From: a virus
DNA length: 64,000 bases
Virus record (IMG/VR): IMGVR_UViG_3300020469_005214
Span: 32,001 to 96,000 of that record
Direction: 5' to 3' (one strand)
This document shows positions 19,357 to 28,022 of the stretch, piece after piece. The translations under genes were made by a program, and so were the position numbers. The stretch's first letter is position 1. Every line of letters begins with the position of its first letter. The notes under the pieces are model-generated. The model did no database searches and was not told the DNA's origin. It worked only from the letters and a program-made list of their open reading frames with translations.

Positions 19357-19768
19357 ATTTTCTTAAAATCCAACTACTACTATTTTTTTTGTCTTCCCCA
19401 CCGACTCCAAAAATAAAATCGACATCATCAAAAATCATTTCAGGAATGTTTTCACTTGTCCTATCACCACCATTAGCAAAAATTATTTGAGCAAATGGAA
19501 ACAACATTTTAACATTTTTTATTGCTTCAATTGCTGTATCATCTTGATCGTTAAATAAAATACAACCATCAACATACCTAATCGCAGATAATATTTCGTG
19601 TCGTTCTTTTTCTGGTAAAAAGTTTTTGCCCTTCTTGCGACAAAGCCAATCATCAGAATTTATTCCGACAATAAGTTTATCGCCAAGTTTACTTGCATAT
19701 TTTAAATAAGCAAGGTGGCCAGAATGCAATGGATCAAATCCACCAGTAACTAATACAACCTTTTCCAC
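19343..19768 (-). CDS. Cytidylyltransferase family protein (TagD/RfaE-II-like)
   Basis: TGGFDPLHSGH; VGINSDDWL; ANGGDR; KNSSSWIL. Confidence 0.85.
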   Translation of the reverse strand: MEKVVLVTGGFDPLHSGHLAYLKYASKLGDKLIVGINSDDWLCRKKGKNFLPEKERHEILSAIRYVDGCILFNDQDDTAIEAIKNVKMLFPFAQIIFANGGDRTSENIPEMIFDDVDFIFGVGGEDKKNSSSWILRKYEQT

Positions 19769-19769
19769 T

Positions 19770-20192
19770 TTATAAGGTAACTTCTTTTCTATCTATAATA
19801 ACTTTTCTATTAGCCAATTGTTCATCAGCTATCTCATTTTTAGATTTGCCAAAGTAAGTTACAGCGTAATTGTTTTTTACAAGAAATGTATTAACGTTGG
19901 TGCCATCTAGTGTAACCAATTCACCTAAAATTCTACCATATTTGCCCCTACTACCATCAGTCTTTGTTTGAAGCACAATACTAGAACCGATAGGACAAAA
20001 ATCTAAAACTTTAGACTTAGCCAAATTGCCAAATATTTTTTCAACCTTATCCCTAGTTCTGCTCTCTGGAGTATCTATACCATAAAGACGAATGCGTTGT
20101 TTTTTAAGCCATACATTAAATCCTAAATCTATATCTACATCGACAGTATCACCATCGATAACCTTAACTACTATTGCTTTATATTCGTACAT
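19770..20192 (-). CDS. Thermonuclease (SNase) family nuclease
   Basis: VIDGDTV, RIRLYGIDTPE, GKYGRILG; start moved to MYEYKA (20192). Confidence 0.9.
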   Translation of the reverse strand: MYEYKAIVVKVIDGDTVDVDIDLGFNVWLKKQRIRLYGIDTPESRTRDKVEKIFGNLAKSKVLDFCPIGSSIVLQTKTDGSRGKYGRILGELVTLDGTNVNTFLVKNNYAVTYFGKSKNEIADEQLANRKVIIDRKEVTL

Positions 20193-20202
20193 ATTTTTTA
20201 AT

Positions 20203-20385
20203 TTATTTTTGTTGAGACTCTTCCCAACCAAAACCTACTTTATGCGATAAAACAAACCATAACCATCCGCGATAAACGTAAGCATATCCTCTTTCTTCAA
20301 GTTCGTCTTCAAATTCAAATTCTGCTCTATACCAAGGTAGCCATTCAAATTCAGTTATATCTAAAACGTACTTTCCTATTATCAT
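20203..20385 (-). CDS. Hypothetical protein
   Basis: ORF tightly packed in the minus-strand block. Confidence 0.55.
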   Translation of the reverse strand: MIIGKYVLDITEFEWLPWYRAEFEFEDELEERGYAYVYRGWLWFVLSHKVGFGWEESQQK

Positions 20386-20389
20386 GATT

Positions 20390-20599
20390 CTAATCAGTTG
20401 TTTTTGCTAAACCCATTGACATTAATACTAGAAACAAACCTCCAGCAAAATACATCAACATTGTTTTCCAAAAGTCCTTATTCTTCCAAAATGTCATTGA
20501 ACCATACGAGGCAGATTGCGTACAACAACTGTTTATTCGTTTATTCTGCCTATCAACGATTTCGCCTTCTTTGCGTTCTCTCTGTTTCCAATTAGCCAT
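20390..20599 (-). CDS. Small membrane protein
   Basis: C-terminal hydrophobic helix; TAATG coupling. Confidence 0.6.
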   Translation of the reverse strand: MANWKQRERKEGEIVDRQNKRINSCCTQSASYGSMTFWKNKDFWKTMLMYFAGGLFLVLMSMGLAKTTD

Positions 20600-20781
20600 T
20601 ACAATAGATCTATAGTTTTATTATAAATTATTTTGTGAACCTCTTCTAAGGCTTTTCTACGACTTACAATAGCATTAACGACTTTTTCTTCTGTTTCGTG
20701 TTTATGTTTCTGATATTGATATGCACAATCACTCAAAAGCATTTTTAATACTATGTCAATTTTATTTTCTATTTCGTCCAT
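20599..20781 (-). CDS. Hypothetical protein
   Basis: Coupled ORF in operon. Confidence 0.6.
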   Translation of the reverse strand: MDEIENKIDIVLKMLLSDCAYQYQKHKHETEEKVVNAIVSRRKALEEVHKIIYNKTIDLL

Positions 20782-20783
20782 TG

Positions 20784-20996
20784 CTAAAATGTTTTTTTTC
20801 TAAATTCATCAACAGTTAAAACTTTTCGTTTCTTTACTTTGTTGTTCGTTGATTTTTGTCTTAAAAAACTAATGTAGTTTAATATTGTGTTTGTAAATAC
20901 TGCAAAAAAGATTCCGTTGGTTGTATTGAAACAAGCAACAACAAAAGAAATTGCAATTAATAAAATTATCGTGATGTTTGTTATTTTGTTTTTCAT
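20784..20996 (-). CDS. Small membrane protein
   Basis: N-terminal hydrophobic segments; ATGA overlap. Confidence 0.6.
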   Translation of the reverse strand: MKNKITNITIILLIAISFVVACFNTTNGIFFAVFTNTILNYISFLRQKSTNNKVKKRKVLTVDEFRKKTF

Positions 20997-21316
20997 TTTC
21001 TATTGAATAATTGGAAACTTACAATTGAGATAAAAAATATTATTGGGAAATATTTCATATTGAGTCCTATCAAGCTAACAAAAAAAGATGTCCAAACATT
21101 AAAGCAAATGGGACATCTTATTAGTCCAGATAATGTAAAGTCAGACCACAATATTCTAATATCCTTGTGAAGAAAAATATAATTTTCAGCTTGGTCTACG
21201 CTATCAAAATTTTGTCTAAAAACAGTATTTACTACATGTACCTTAAAGTCTGTTAAGAAAAAGGCACAAAGCACTAAAAAGCTTAAACAACTTAAATTTA
21301 TGACATCTATTATCAT
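20993..21316 (-). CDS. DUF1360-like membrane protein
   Basis: LIRCPICFNVW (CPxCxxxW) motif plus TM helices. Confidence 0.6.
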   Translation of the reverse strand: MIIDVINLSCLSFLVLCAFFLTDFKVHVVNTVFRQNFDSVDQAENYIFLHKDIRILWSDFTLSGLIRCPICFNVWTSFFVSLIGLNMKYFPIIFFISIVSFQLFNRK

Positions 21317-22164
21317 TTCTTATATTCATTAATTAACCCAACTAGCTCAAGTATTTTTTTCTTATTGATTTCATGCCAATCGGAATAATTCGCCCAGTCA
21401 GAATATTCATCCTCTTTAAGCCAAGCACTCTTTTTGTCTTCTTTGACCTGATTGCGCAGAAAAGTTTTAAAACTGTCAAACTCTGAAATTTTAAGAATGG
21501 ATTTAACCTTGTTCTTTAGAGTTACATCGGGTCCAGTTGGAGCATCGCCCGAACGTTTGGGCTCATCTTCTTTTGGAGCGTCACCGATTTCATCTTTACC
21601 AAGATAAGGTATGTTGAAGTAAGCTTTTACAGCACGAATCAAAGACCGATTTTCACTCATTGCCGCAAGATAATATTTTGTAAAGCTCTTACAGTTGTTG
21701 AAGTGAGTATCTGCAATGCCAGAGGTTAGCTGACCATTTTGCCATACAATCTCGCAGGAAAGCCCGCAATAGCCTTGATCGGCGGCTCCTAGGGGAATGT
21801 ACCTAAGTGAGGTGAAACCTTCTTTATGAAGCAAATCTTTGAAAAACTGAAGCAACAAAACCTCTACTCCTGAATTTTCATCCTTACATTTAAATTTAGG
21901 ATTTTCTTGTAAATATTTTTCCCAATCAAATTTATTCAAACGCGTTGGGGCTGTAGTAATTGCTTGCTTTGTAGTTTTTTCCATATTTTCTTTTGTGGGT
22001 AAAGAAGAATCTGTTATTCTTGTTGAAGCTAACTCAACAATATTTTTACCACTGTCTTTGAGCCAAATTTCATAAATCTCATTGGCCAGAGGAATCACAT
22101 TGCCAGCTCCAGATTCTTTTATATATTTTTTAAGATCGTAATATTCTTTTTTCTTTTTAGCCAT
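21313..22164 (-). CDS. Conserved phage protein, possibly Rad52/Sak-like ssDNA annealing
   Basis: AMSENRSLIRAV resembles the AExRAxxRA helix of annealing proteins; weak. Confidence 0.35.
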   Translation of the reverse strand: MAKKKKEYYDLKKYIKESGAGNVIPLANEIYEIWLKDSGKNIVELASTRITDSSLPTKENMEKTTKQAITTAPTRLNKFDWEKYLQENPKFKCKDENSGVEVLLLQFFKDLLHKEGFTSLRYIPLGAADQGYCGLSCEIVWQNGQLTSGIADTHFNNCKSFTKYYLAAMSENRSLIRAVKAYFNIPYLGKDEIGDAPKEDEPKRSGDAPTGPDVTLKNKVKSILKISEFDSFKTFLRNQVKEDKKSAWLKEDEYSDWANYSDWHEINKKKILELVGLINEYKK

Positions 22165-22165
22165 T

Positions 22166-22474
22166 TTAAGTCTCTAATAGTTGTTTAATTTCTTTTTGAG
22201 TTAAAAAGTGAAATTCATAATAATAACCGCTCATTTCTTCGAGCCCATCGTTAATCATTTCTTCGATGTTGTTTTGTTCAGTTTCACCATCGGTTTCATC
22301 AACCTGCAAATCCAATACGTGATGATTGAGTTCTCGAATTTTTACTAAGCAAGGATAATCTTCTGGCTCTTCGTCAAAAAAACCAGCATTCATATTACTA
22401 CTTTCGGCATCTTGAATAAGCATTTCTTTTAGCTTTTCAAATTCTTCAGGATTTTTTAATATTGATGATTGCAT
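22166..22474 (-). CDS. Acidic hypothetical protein
   Basis: ORF track; Asp/Glu-rich. Confidence 0.65.
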   Translation of the reverse strand: MQSSILKNPEEFEKLKEMLIQDAESSNMNAGFFDEEPEDYPCLVKIRELNHHVLDLQVDETDGETEQNNIEEMINDGLEEMSGYYYEFHFLTQKEIKQLLET

Positions 22475-22492
22475 AATTATTTATTATTTAAA

Positions 22493-23632
22493 TTAGGATA
22501 TGATTCTAAAATGCTGTATTTCTTTGAAAAAGTCAAGACTTTTTTCTGCAATTTCTAAAACATTTTGATTTGGATCTTCTAATGGACGATTATTTTTCCA
22601 ATCTTCTTTGCTCATATAAATTTTTCCGTCACTCAAAAGATATTTGTAACTTTTATATTTAGCACCTTCTGGAATTTCAATATCAACATCTTCAAATTTA
22701 TACATATAAACATTATCAATATCCAAAGCTCTAAACCTAATGTCTTTAATGTTTTCTTTGTCGTCTGACCACAATTTAGTTGGGATTCCAATCTTTCGCA
22801 ATCTTTTAATATACTCTAAATCAGAATTCATGTCAACCTTAAAATTGATCTCTTGTATATTACTTTTAAATTTTTGATATAAATCTAATGAAGTCTCTTT
22901 ATCGGTAATAATTGTAGCCTGAAATAGTGATAAATTTTTACAAAGCATCTCTTCGTTAAGTTCATAGTCGCATCTTATTACTGGAACTTTTCCCTTAATA
23001 GATTGGGGATTAACTGCTACATTGGGAACTATTTCAATTACCTGATGTCCATAAGAAGATCCAATATAAATGGTTTCTGATTCAATTTGTTCTATACCTA
23101 ATTTTTCAAAAACTGCATTAATAACTTCTTCTGGTTTTATATAATTAATGGTTTTGGGCGATTCTTGAGCTGAAAATGATGGGTTTTTGCCGTTTCTATG
23201 TGATTCAATCAATTTAGCGTGTTTCCTAAAATGGGGTCCATGATTAATGGCAGTCGTTGGACCATAAAGAGCAACGGTTGGAACATCATGTAGTCCTGCA
23301 AGATGAACGGCAAAACTATCATTTCCTAAATGTAGTTTAGAATTTCGCAAAACATAAAAAGTTTGATTTATATTGAGCTGATTTATCAAATTTACACAAT
23401 GTGGATATTGTTTGCAATCACGACCAATGTGTAAAATTTCATAGCCCATTTCTTTTAATTTAGGAGCTATGGTATCTAAAACATCTAGATAATAATCATA
23501 GTTTTTACTCTCCATTCCAGACGAAGTTTGAATGGTAATGTATTTCGATGGTACTGGATAAAAATCTTCATCTGGAACCAGCTTGTTAATTTTAAATCCA
23601 GTCGAGAGCGAATATCTTTCTAGTAAGTTCAT
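22493..23632 (-). CDS. GT9 (heptosyltransferase-like) C-terminal half plus extra domain
   Basis: LHLGNDSFAVHLAGLHDVPTVALYGPT is the GT9 signature; the N-terminal GT9 domain is missing. Confidence 0.8.
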   Translation of the reverse strand: MNLLERYSLSTGFKINKLVPDEDFYPVPSKYITIQTSSGMESKNYDYYLDVLDTIAPKLKEMGYEILHIGRDCKQYPHCVNLINQLNINQTFYVLRNSKLHLGNDSFAVHLAGLHDVPTVALYGPTTAINHGPHFRKHAKLIESHRNGKNPSFSAQESPKTINYIKPEEVINAVFEKLGIEQIESETIYIGSSYGHQVIEIVPNVAVNPQSIKGKVPVIRCDYELNEEMLCKNLSLFQATIITDKETSLDLYQKFKSNIQEINFKVDMNSDLEYIKRLRKIGIPTKLWSDDKENIKDIRFRALDIDNVYMYKFEDVDIEIPEGAKYKSYKYLLSDGKIYMSKEDWKNNRPLEDPNQNVLEIAEKSLDFFKEIQHFRIIS

Positions 23633-23663
23633 ATAAATATAATGTTTCTTTTAATTAAAATTC

Positions 23664-25580
23664 CTAAGACTTAGATTCAACTAACATTTCTGGCTGATTA
23701 TTGCTAAGATAGTTTAGATGCTTTTGAGTGTCAACAGCAGGCATAACAAAAACTCCCAAGCCCTTTTCCTTACTTGCTCCGATTACATACATTTCTTGTT
23801 CTAGCATAGGATTAAATGGTATCATATTATCAACAAAGGCACAACCTTTAAATATATTGAAATATTGAGGGTCCGTTACAATATTGATATTATGATCTGG
23901 ATAAGAATCTCTGCATGATTGAAGTAATGATAAGCAAATAATACAGTCTCCAACAGACTCTTTAATTACAAAAAATAAATCTTCTTTACCATTATTAAGA
24001 AGCGAATCTTCGAAATTTACCTCTTTTTCTTGAACCTCTTTAGCAGATATTTGTTTAAAAATTGAAATAATGCTATCTTTAGGTTCTCCATTTGATAATC
24101 TATCAAGCCAATGTTTCATTCCCTCTTTGTCTGGATTTTGCGTATCTAAAAAGCCAGAGTAAAGATTTTTTATAAAATCTTCTTTATCTAAAGAAGTATT
24201 GGGTGCAAAGGACGGGTTTGGATTTTTGGTATCATCAAATCTAACATTGGAATAATCTACTTTTGACATGCTGTCAAAAATATTTGACCATTGTTTGGCA
24301 ACCACCTTTGAATCAAACTTTTTAATTGCCCATTCTCTGCCTTGTTGCCCAATCTTTTTTCTCTTAGATTTGTCCATTTGTTCAATTTTGCGAATAAACT
24401 TAACACAATCTTGAACAGAAGGTTCAGCTTTAATAAAACCACTATTACATTCAGATGTCTCTACGTATTTTATTTCTGTTACTTGTGGGCACTCTAGATA
24501 TGTTGAGCCACAAGAATAACCTATCGTTGCTAAAGGCAAAGCATTTAATAAACTTTCTGCACAATGATATTCGAAACCTCCAGAAGTAAAAACACTTAGA
24601 GCACAGTCACTTATACCATAGATATACTTCATTTCATCATCACTAACTCCATTACCTATAGATGCGGAATCTTGACATTTTTTACCGTTGCAAAATCTAC
24701 AATCTTGTTGTTCACCATTATATGGTTTGATTTCAAATTGCTTACACTTGTGACAAACATAGGTTGTTAAAACATCAGACATTTCTAGTCCATTTTCTTT
24801 AATAAGTCTAGCTAAGGGCCAACCTTCGGTCCAAGAAGTATGAATTGCCAATCGCACCCTTTTGCTTCTCGGATATTGTTTTTTATAAGAAGCAAGGGCT
24901 TTAAGAAGAGTATCAAATTTTTTTCTTAATTGATTCCTACCAACGAAATTAATTAAAATATCATCTTGAGGAATTTCAAACTTATTGCGTAAATCTCTTT
25001 TTGCATCATCAGATATCGGTTCATACTGATCTACCTCAATTGCCGCTGGAATGGTGCCAATGTTATAATTTGTTTCAATTTCTTGTTTTGATAGACCATC
25101 TTTTAGAGCTTTTTCCCCAAAAGGCGACCAAGAATAAGTATGACAATTTTTAGCAAGCTCGTAAGATTCTGGAAGCAGGGCTAAAGAATCAAAAGTTATA
25201 TGAGAAATTAAATTAACTTTCTTAGACCATTCTTTGTTTGTGTAATAATCTAAAGGTGCCGCCCATAAATCATCAGATATACAGACGATATCTGGCTTAT
25301 GTTCCTTTATAAAGCTTTCTAGTTTTATTGCACCATAAGCGGCTAATCTGCCGTAATGAGGGTCTTGCTTGTACCTATTTTGTTCCTGTGGGTCTGCTGA
25401 AAGTGCAGGCACACTTTTCCAAGGATACATTTCCAATTTTGAGTCTCCCTCCAAGGTGCCTTGACACAAATGAATTATCTCATATTTGCCATACCATTCT
25501 TTAAAAAGTGCTTTTGTATTTCGGCTAAGCCCAGTTTTAAGCCAGAGTGAGTTACTAACCCATAAGATTCTTTTAGACAT
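23664..25580 (-). CDS. Multidomain glycosyltransferase: GT4 with Zn ribbon, DUF4214-like segment and GT9 N-terminal half
   Basis: TGLSRN; FVGRNQLRKK; GGFEYHCAES; CHKC..CRFC; FIKNLY..PDKEGMKHWL; ESVGDCIICLSLLQSCRDSYPD. Confidence 0.8.
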   Translation of the reverse strand: MSKRILWVSNSLWLKTGLSRNTKALFKEWYGKYEIIHLCQGTLEGDSKLEMYPWKSVPALSADPQEQNRYKQDPHYGRLAAYGAIKLESFIKEHKPDIVCISDDLWAAPLDYYTNKEWSKKVNLISHITFDSLALLPESYELAKNCHTYSWSPFGEKALKDGLSKQEIETNYNIGTIPAAIEVDQYEPISDDAKRDLRNKFEIPQDDILINFVGRNQLRKKFDTLLKALASYKKQYPRSKRVRLAIHTSWTEGWPLARLIKENGLEMSDVLTTYVCHKCKQFEIKPYNGEQQDCRFCNGKKCQDSASIGNGVSDDEMKYIYGISDCALSVFTSGGFEYHCAESLLNALPLATIGYSCGSTYLECPQVTEIKYVETSECNSGFIKAEPSVQDCVKFIRKIEQMDKSKRKKIGQQGREWAIKKFDSKVVAKQWSNIFDSMSKVDYSNVRFDDTKNPNPSFAPNTSLDKEDFIKNLYSGFLDTQNPDKEGMKHWLDRLSNGEPKDSIISIFKQISAKEVQEKEVNFEDSLLNNGKEDLFFVIKESVGDCIICLSLLQSCRDSYPDHNINIVTDPQYFNIFKGCAFVDNMIPFNPMLEQEMYVIGASKEKGLGVFVMPAVDTQKHLNYLSNNQPEMLVESKS

Positions 25581-25611
25581 ACATTAGTATCACGAAATAA
25601 AACAAAAATAC

Positions 25612-25643
25612 AATAAAAAAATCCCGCCATTTCTGACGGGATT
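25612..25643 (-). terminator. Rho-independent terminator after the SSB gene
   Basis: Minus strand AATCCCGTCA-GAAA-TGGCGGGATT followed by a T-tract. Confidence 0.85.
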
Positions 25644-25665
25644 GAAATTAAATTATCTTACTAAT

Positions 25666-26334
25666 TTAAAAAGGAAGATCTTCGTCTGCATCAGAAGATT
25701 CATCTTCTTCAACGGCAACAAACTCTTCTTTGTCTTCAGAAACTTCCTGATAAGATGGTTTTTCATCTCCTTCAAATTGTTCAAAGAACTCTTCTGTCTT
25801 GCCCCATAAAAAGTCTTCCACCTCGGAGAAATCCCAAGTCTCTTTTCCTTTTACGGTTCTCTTTGAAGGCTGAGGAAGTCCATTGGGAGTATCTCTTGTA
25901 TAATACCAACCAACCCTCTCTCCTTCTTGCTCGATGATCATTACTGGTTTTCCTTCCTCACCTTTGCGTGTTGAAGGGAAGATAGTCACTTCTACAGTCT
26001 TTGAAACATCGATATTAGGAGCTGACTTACAAAAGGAATCTCTAAGAGAAGAGTTCCAAGGAAGATTAAGGTTAAAAATTTCATCACCGTCTTGAAACTT
26101 AATGACAATTGATTCAATAATTAATCCTCCTATTTCTTTGCGCTTGACTTCTCCTCCAATAATGTATCCATCTACACTATTGAAGAAAACCTCATACACG
26201 CTCTTGCCTTCGTTTTTGCCTTGAGTGATCTTACGCTCTTTGGCTCCGTCTGTTCCTTCGGGAACGCGAAGGGAAATTTTGCCGTTTGTTACGCCAAGAA
26301 ATTTCCCGCTATTTGTGTCTCTATTTAGTCCCAT
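25666..26334 (-). CDS. Single-stranded DNA-binding protein (putative)
   Basis: Acidic tail ending DEDLPF, the canonical SSB C-terminus. Confidence 0.65.
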   Translation of the reverse strand: MGLNRDTNSGKFLGVTNGKISLRVPEGTDGAKERKITQGKNEGKSVYEVFFNSVDGYIIGGEVKRKEIGGLIIESIVIKFQDGDEIFNLNLPWNSSLRDSFCKSAPNIDVSKTVEVTIFPSTRKGEEGKPVMIIEQEGERVGWYYTRDTPNGLPQPSKRTVKGKETWDFSEVEDFLWGKTEEFFEQFEGDEKPSYQEVSEDKEEFVAVEEDESSDADEDLPF

Positions 26335-26452
26335 AATTTATGTTTTTTTTGTGTTAGATACTCCATAATTAGAGTATTTTAAATTTATTTATGCTATATA
26401 TATTACAGTTTATCAAGTCTTGTGTGAGAATAATATAAGACTTTGCTGTAAC

Positions 26453-26848
26453 TTAATTATCCGTAAGATCGCTAAAACTTATAAAATCATTTTCAAGTGT
26501 TTTGGGTCTATCTTTATGATGTTTATATCCTTTTTGTTTCTCAAAGTTTTTAAAAAACTTTTTTTGTTCAGGGTCATATCCCATTTTAGATCTTCTTTCT
26601 TCACTTAATTCTTTGGAATAATCAAGAACATCCCCATAGGTTCCTTTCATTTTTCCAGTTTTATCGACAAACCTCTTTTTATCGAATGCATCAATTTTAG
26701 AAGAACCCTCTCTATTGAATTTGGGCTTTTCCCACATTCTTTCCCATTTCACACCATTTTTTACATACTCGTGAGTTTCGTTCATTGATTGAACAAGCTC
26801 AACAATGTCTTTTGGATTTTCTGGGTTTATATAGGTGTATACAGGCAT
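26453..26848 (-). CDS. FmdB-like regulatory protein lacking the zinc cysteines
   Basis: MPVYTY...ELVQSMNE N-terminus. Confidence 0.5.
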   Translation of the reverse strand: MPVYTYINPENPKDIVELVQSMNETHEYVKNGVKWERMWEKPKFNREGSSKIDAFDKKRFVDKTGKMKGTYGDVLDYSKELSEERRSKMGYDPEQKKFFKNFEKQKGYKHHKDRPKTLENDFISFSDLTDN

Positions 26849-27073
26849 CTAACTTTCGTTTTCTTGTTCAGGTTTTTTACTAAAATATCTATCAATAGTG
26901 TCAATTTGTGAATCTAAGCCTTCAATATTTTGAATTTTTTTCTCAATTTCTACTCCAATATCAGCGTGATCGCCAATAGCTACAGAATTATTCAAGAATA
27001 CTTCAAGGTCACTAATTTCAATATCTCGCTGACCAATTAGTTTTGATTTTATTGCTTGTATATAATTTGCCAT
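26849..27073 (-). CDS. Conserved marine phage hypothetical protein
   Basis: VFLNNSVAIGDHADI motif, recalled from cyanophage-like small proteins. Confidence 0.6.
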   Translation of the reverse strand: MANYIQAIKSKLIGQRDIEISDLEVFLNNSVAIGDHADIGVEIEKKIQNIEGLDSQIDTIDRYFSKKPEQENES

Positions 27074-27093
27074 TTTTTTATAAGTGTTGATTT

Positions 27094-27648
27094 TTAAGCA
27101 CCTGAGCTACCAAAACCATCAGAACCACGATCACTATCATCAAGTTCACTAACTTCAATAACCTTAGCTGAGCTTACTGGTAAAACTACCAATTGGGCAA
27201 TTTTATCTCCAGCTTCAAAAATAATCTTTCCATTGCGAACAAGCCTATTTTGACTTTCATCTTTAATGAACCCTTCGGGATAGACCATAATTACGTTTAA
27301 TTCTCCAGTATAACCTTCATCTATAACTCCAGCCTTGATTTCAATGCCACGAGATGCTAGACCACTTTTCTCTTTAATAAAACCAACATGACCTTTAGGT
27401 ATTTGAACTGCAACTCCAGTTGATACTAACTTTCTTTGCTGTTTTTGAATTTCAAATGCTTCAAGAGTAAATAAATCCAAACCAGCATCGCTGTTGTGTG
27501 CTCTAACTGGAATAATTGCATTGTCTTTTAACTTCTTCGCTTTTATAGAAGAAGCACTTATTGATGGTTTAGAGGACTTAGCTGTTACTTTTTCAGACTT
27601 TGTATTCTTCGAAACTGTTTTTTTAGTTACTGTTTTTTTAGTTGCCAT
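27094..27648 (-). CDS. dut: Trimeric dUTPase with Lys/Ser/Thr-rich N-terminal extension
   Basis: AGLDL, KSGLA, GVIDEGYTGE, IAQLV, RGSDGFGSSG motifs. Confidence 0.95.
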   Translation of the reverse strand: MATKKTVTKKTVSKNTKSEKVTAKSSKPSISASSIKAKKLKDNAIIPVRAHNSDAGLDLFTLEAFEIQKQQRKLVSTGVAVQIPKGHVGFIKEKSGLASRGIEIKAGVIDEGYTGELNVIMVYPEGFIKDESQNRLVRNGKIIFEAGDKIAQLVVLPVSSAKVIEVSELDDSDRGSDGFGSSGA

Positions 27649-27788
27649 TATGTTTTCTTATATGTTTTTTTTAATAATTTGTAGCGACTCTTAGCGGATA
27701 GATATTCTTTGAGCTTTTTTGTGCCAGAATCATAGCTAACTGAAAAGCCAGCTATTTCTCTCAACTCTTTCGCCCTTGTACCTCTCAT
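27648..27788 (-). CDS. Small basic protein (46 aa), not in ORF track
   Basis: MRGTRAKELREIAGF...KKTYKKT*; TAATG overlap with the dut start. Confidence 0.6.
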   Translation of the reverse strand: MRGTRAKELREIAGFSVSYDSGTKKLKEYLSAKSRYKLLKKTYKKT

Positions 27789-27789
27789 G

Positions 27790-27990
27790 CTATGAAATTT
27801 TACTAACTGAATTTACGTGATATTTTACTTCTCCACGCTCTCCAGAATATTTATCGAAAGTCACATATGACTTGCCAACATTCTTGATCCGACCGACGAA
27901 TTTCTCTTCGCCACTTTTATTTCCAATAGTAACGGTATTGAAACGACCTTTGCTTTTTGTTTTGATTCCTTTTATTGCTGTATTTTTCAT
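27790..27990 (-). CDS. Small basic SH3/beta-barrel-like phage protein
   Basis: KGRFNTVTI resembles 62277..62531. Confidence 0.55.
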   Translation of the reverse strand: MKNTAIKGIKTKSKGRFNTVTIGNKSGEEKFVGRIKNVGKSYVTFDKYSGERGEVKYHVNSVSKIS

Positions 27991-28022
27991 ATTTTTTTAT
28001 ATTTTTAATTTTATTACTATAC

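Noticed and set aside
23632-23666. Stop-codon readthrough joining the two GT9 halves, or an alternative genetic code
   Set aside because: The ORFs are out of frame (31-nt gap), and conserved genes are intact under code 11 with TAA, TAG and TGA all used as stops
27650-27790. Possible tRNA or ncRNA in the apparent gap
   Set aside because: No cloverleaf or T-loop; the gap holds a 46-aa ORF coupled to dut
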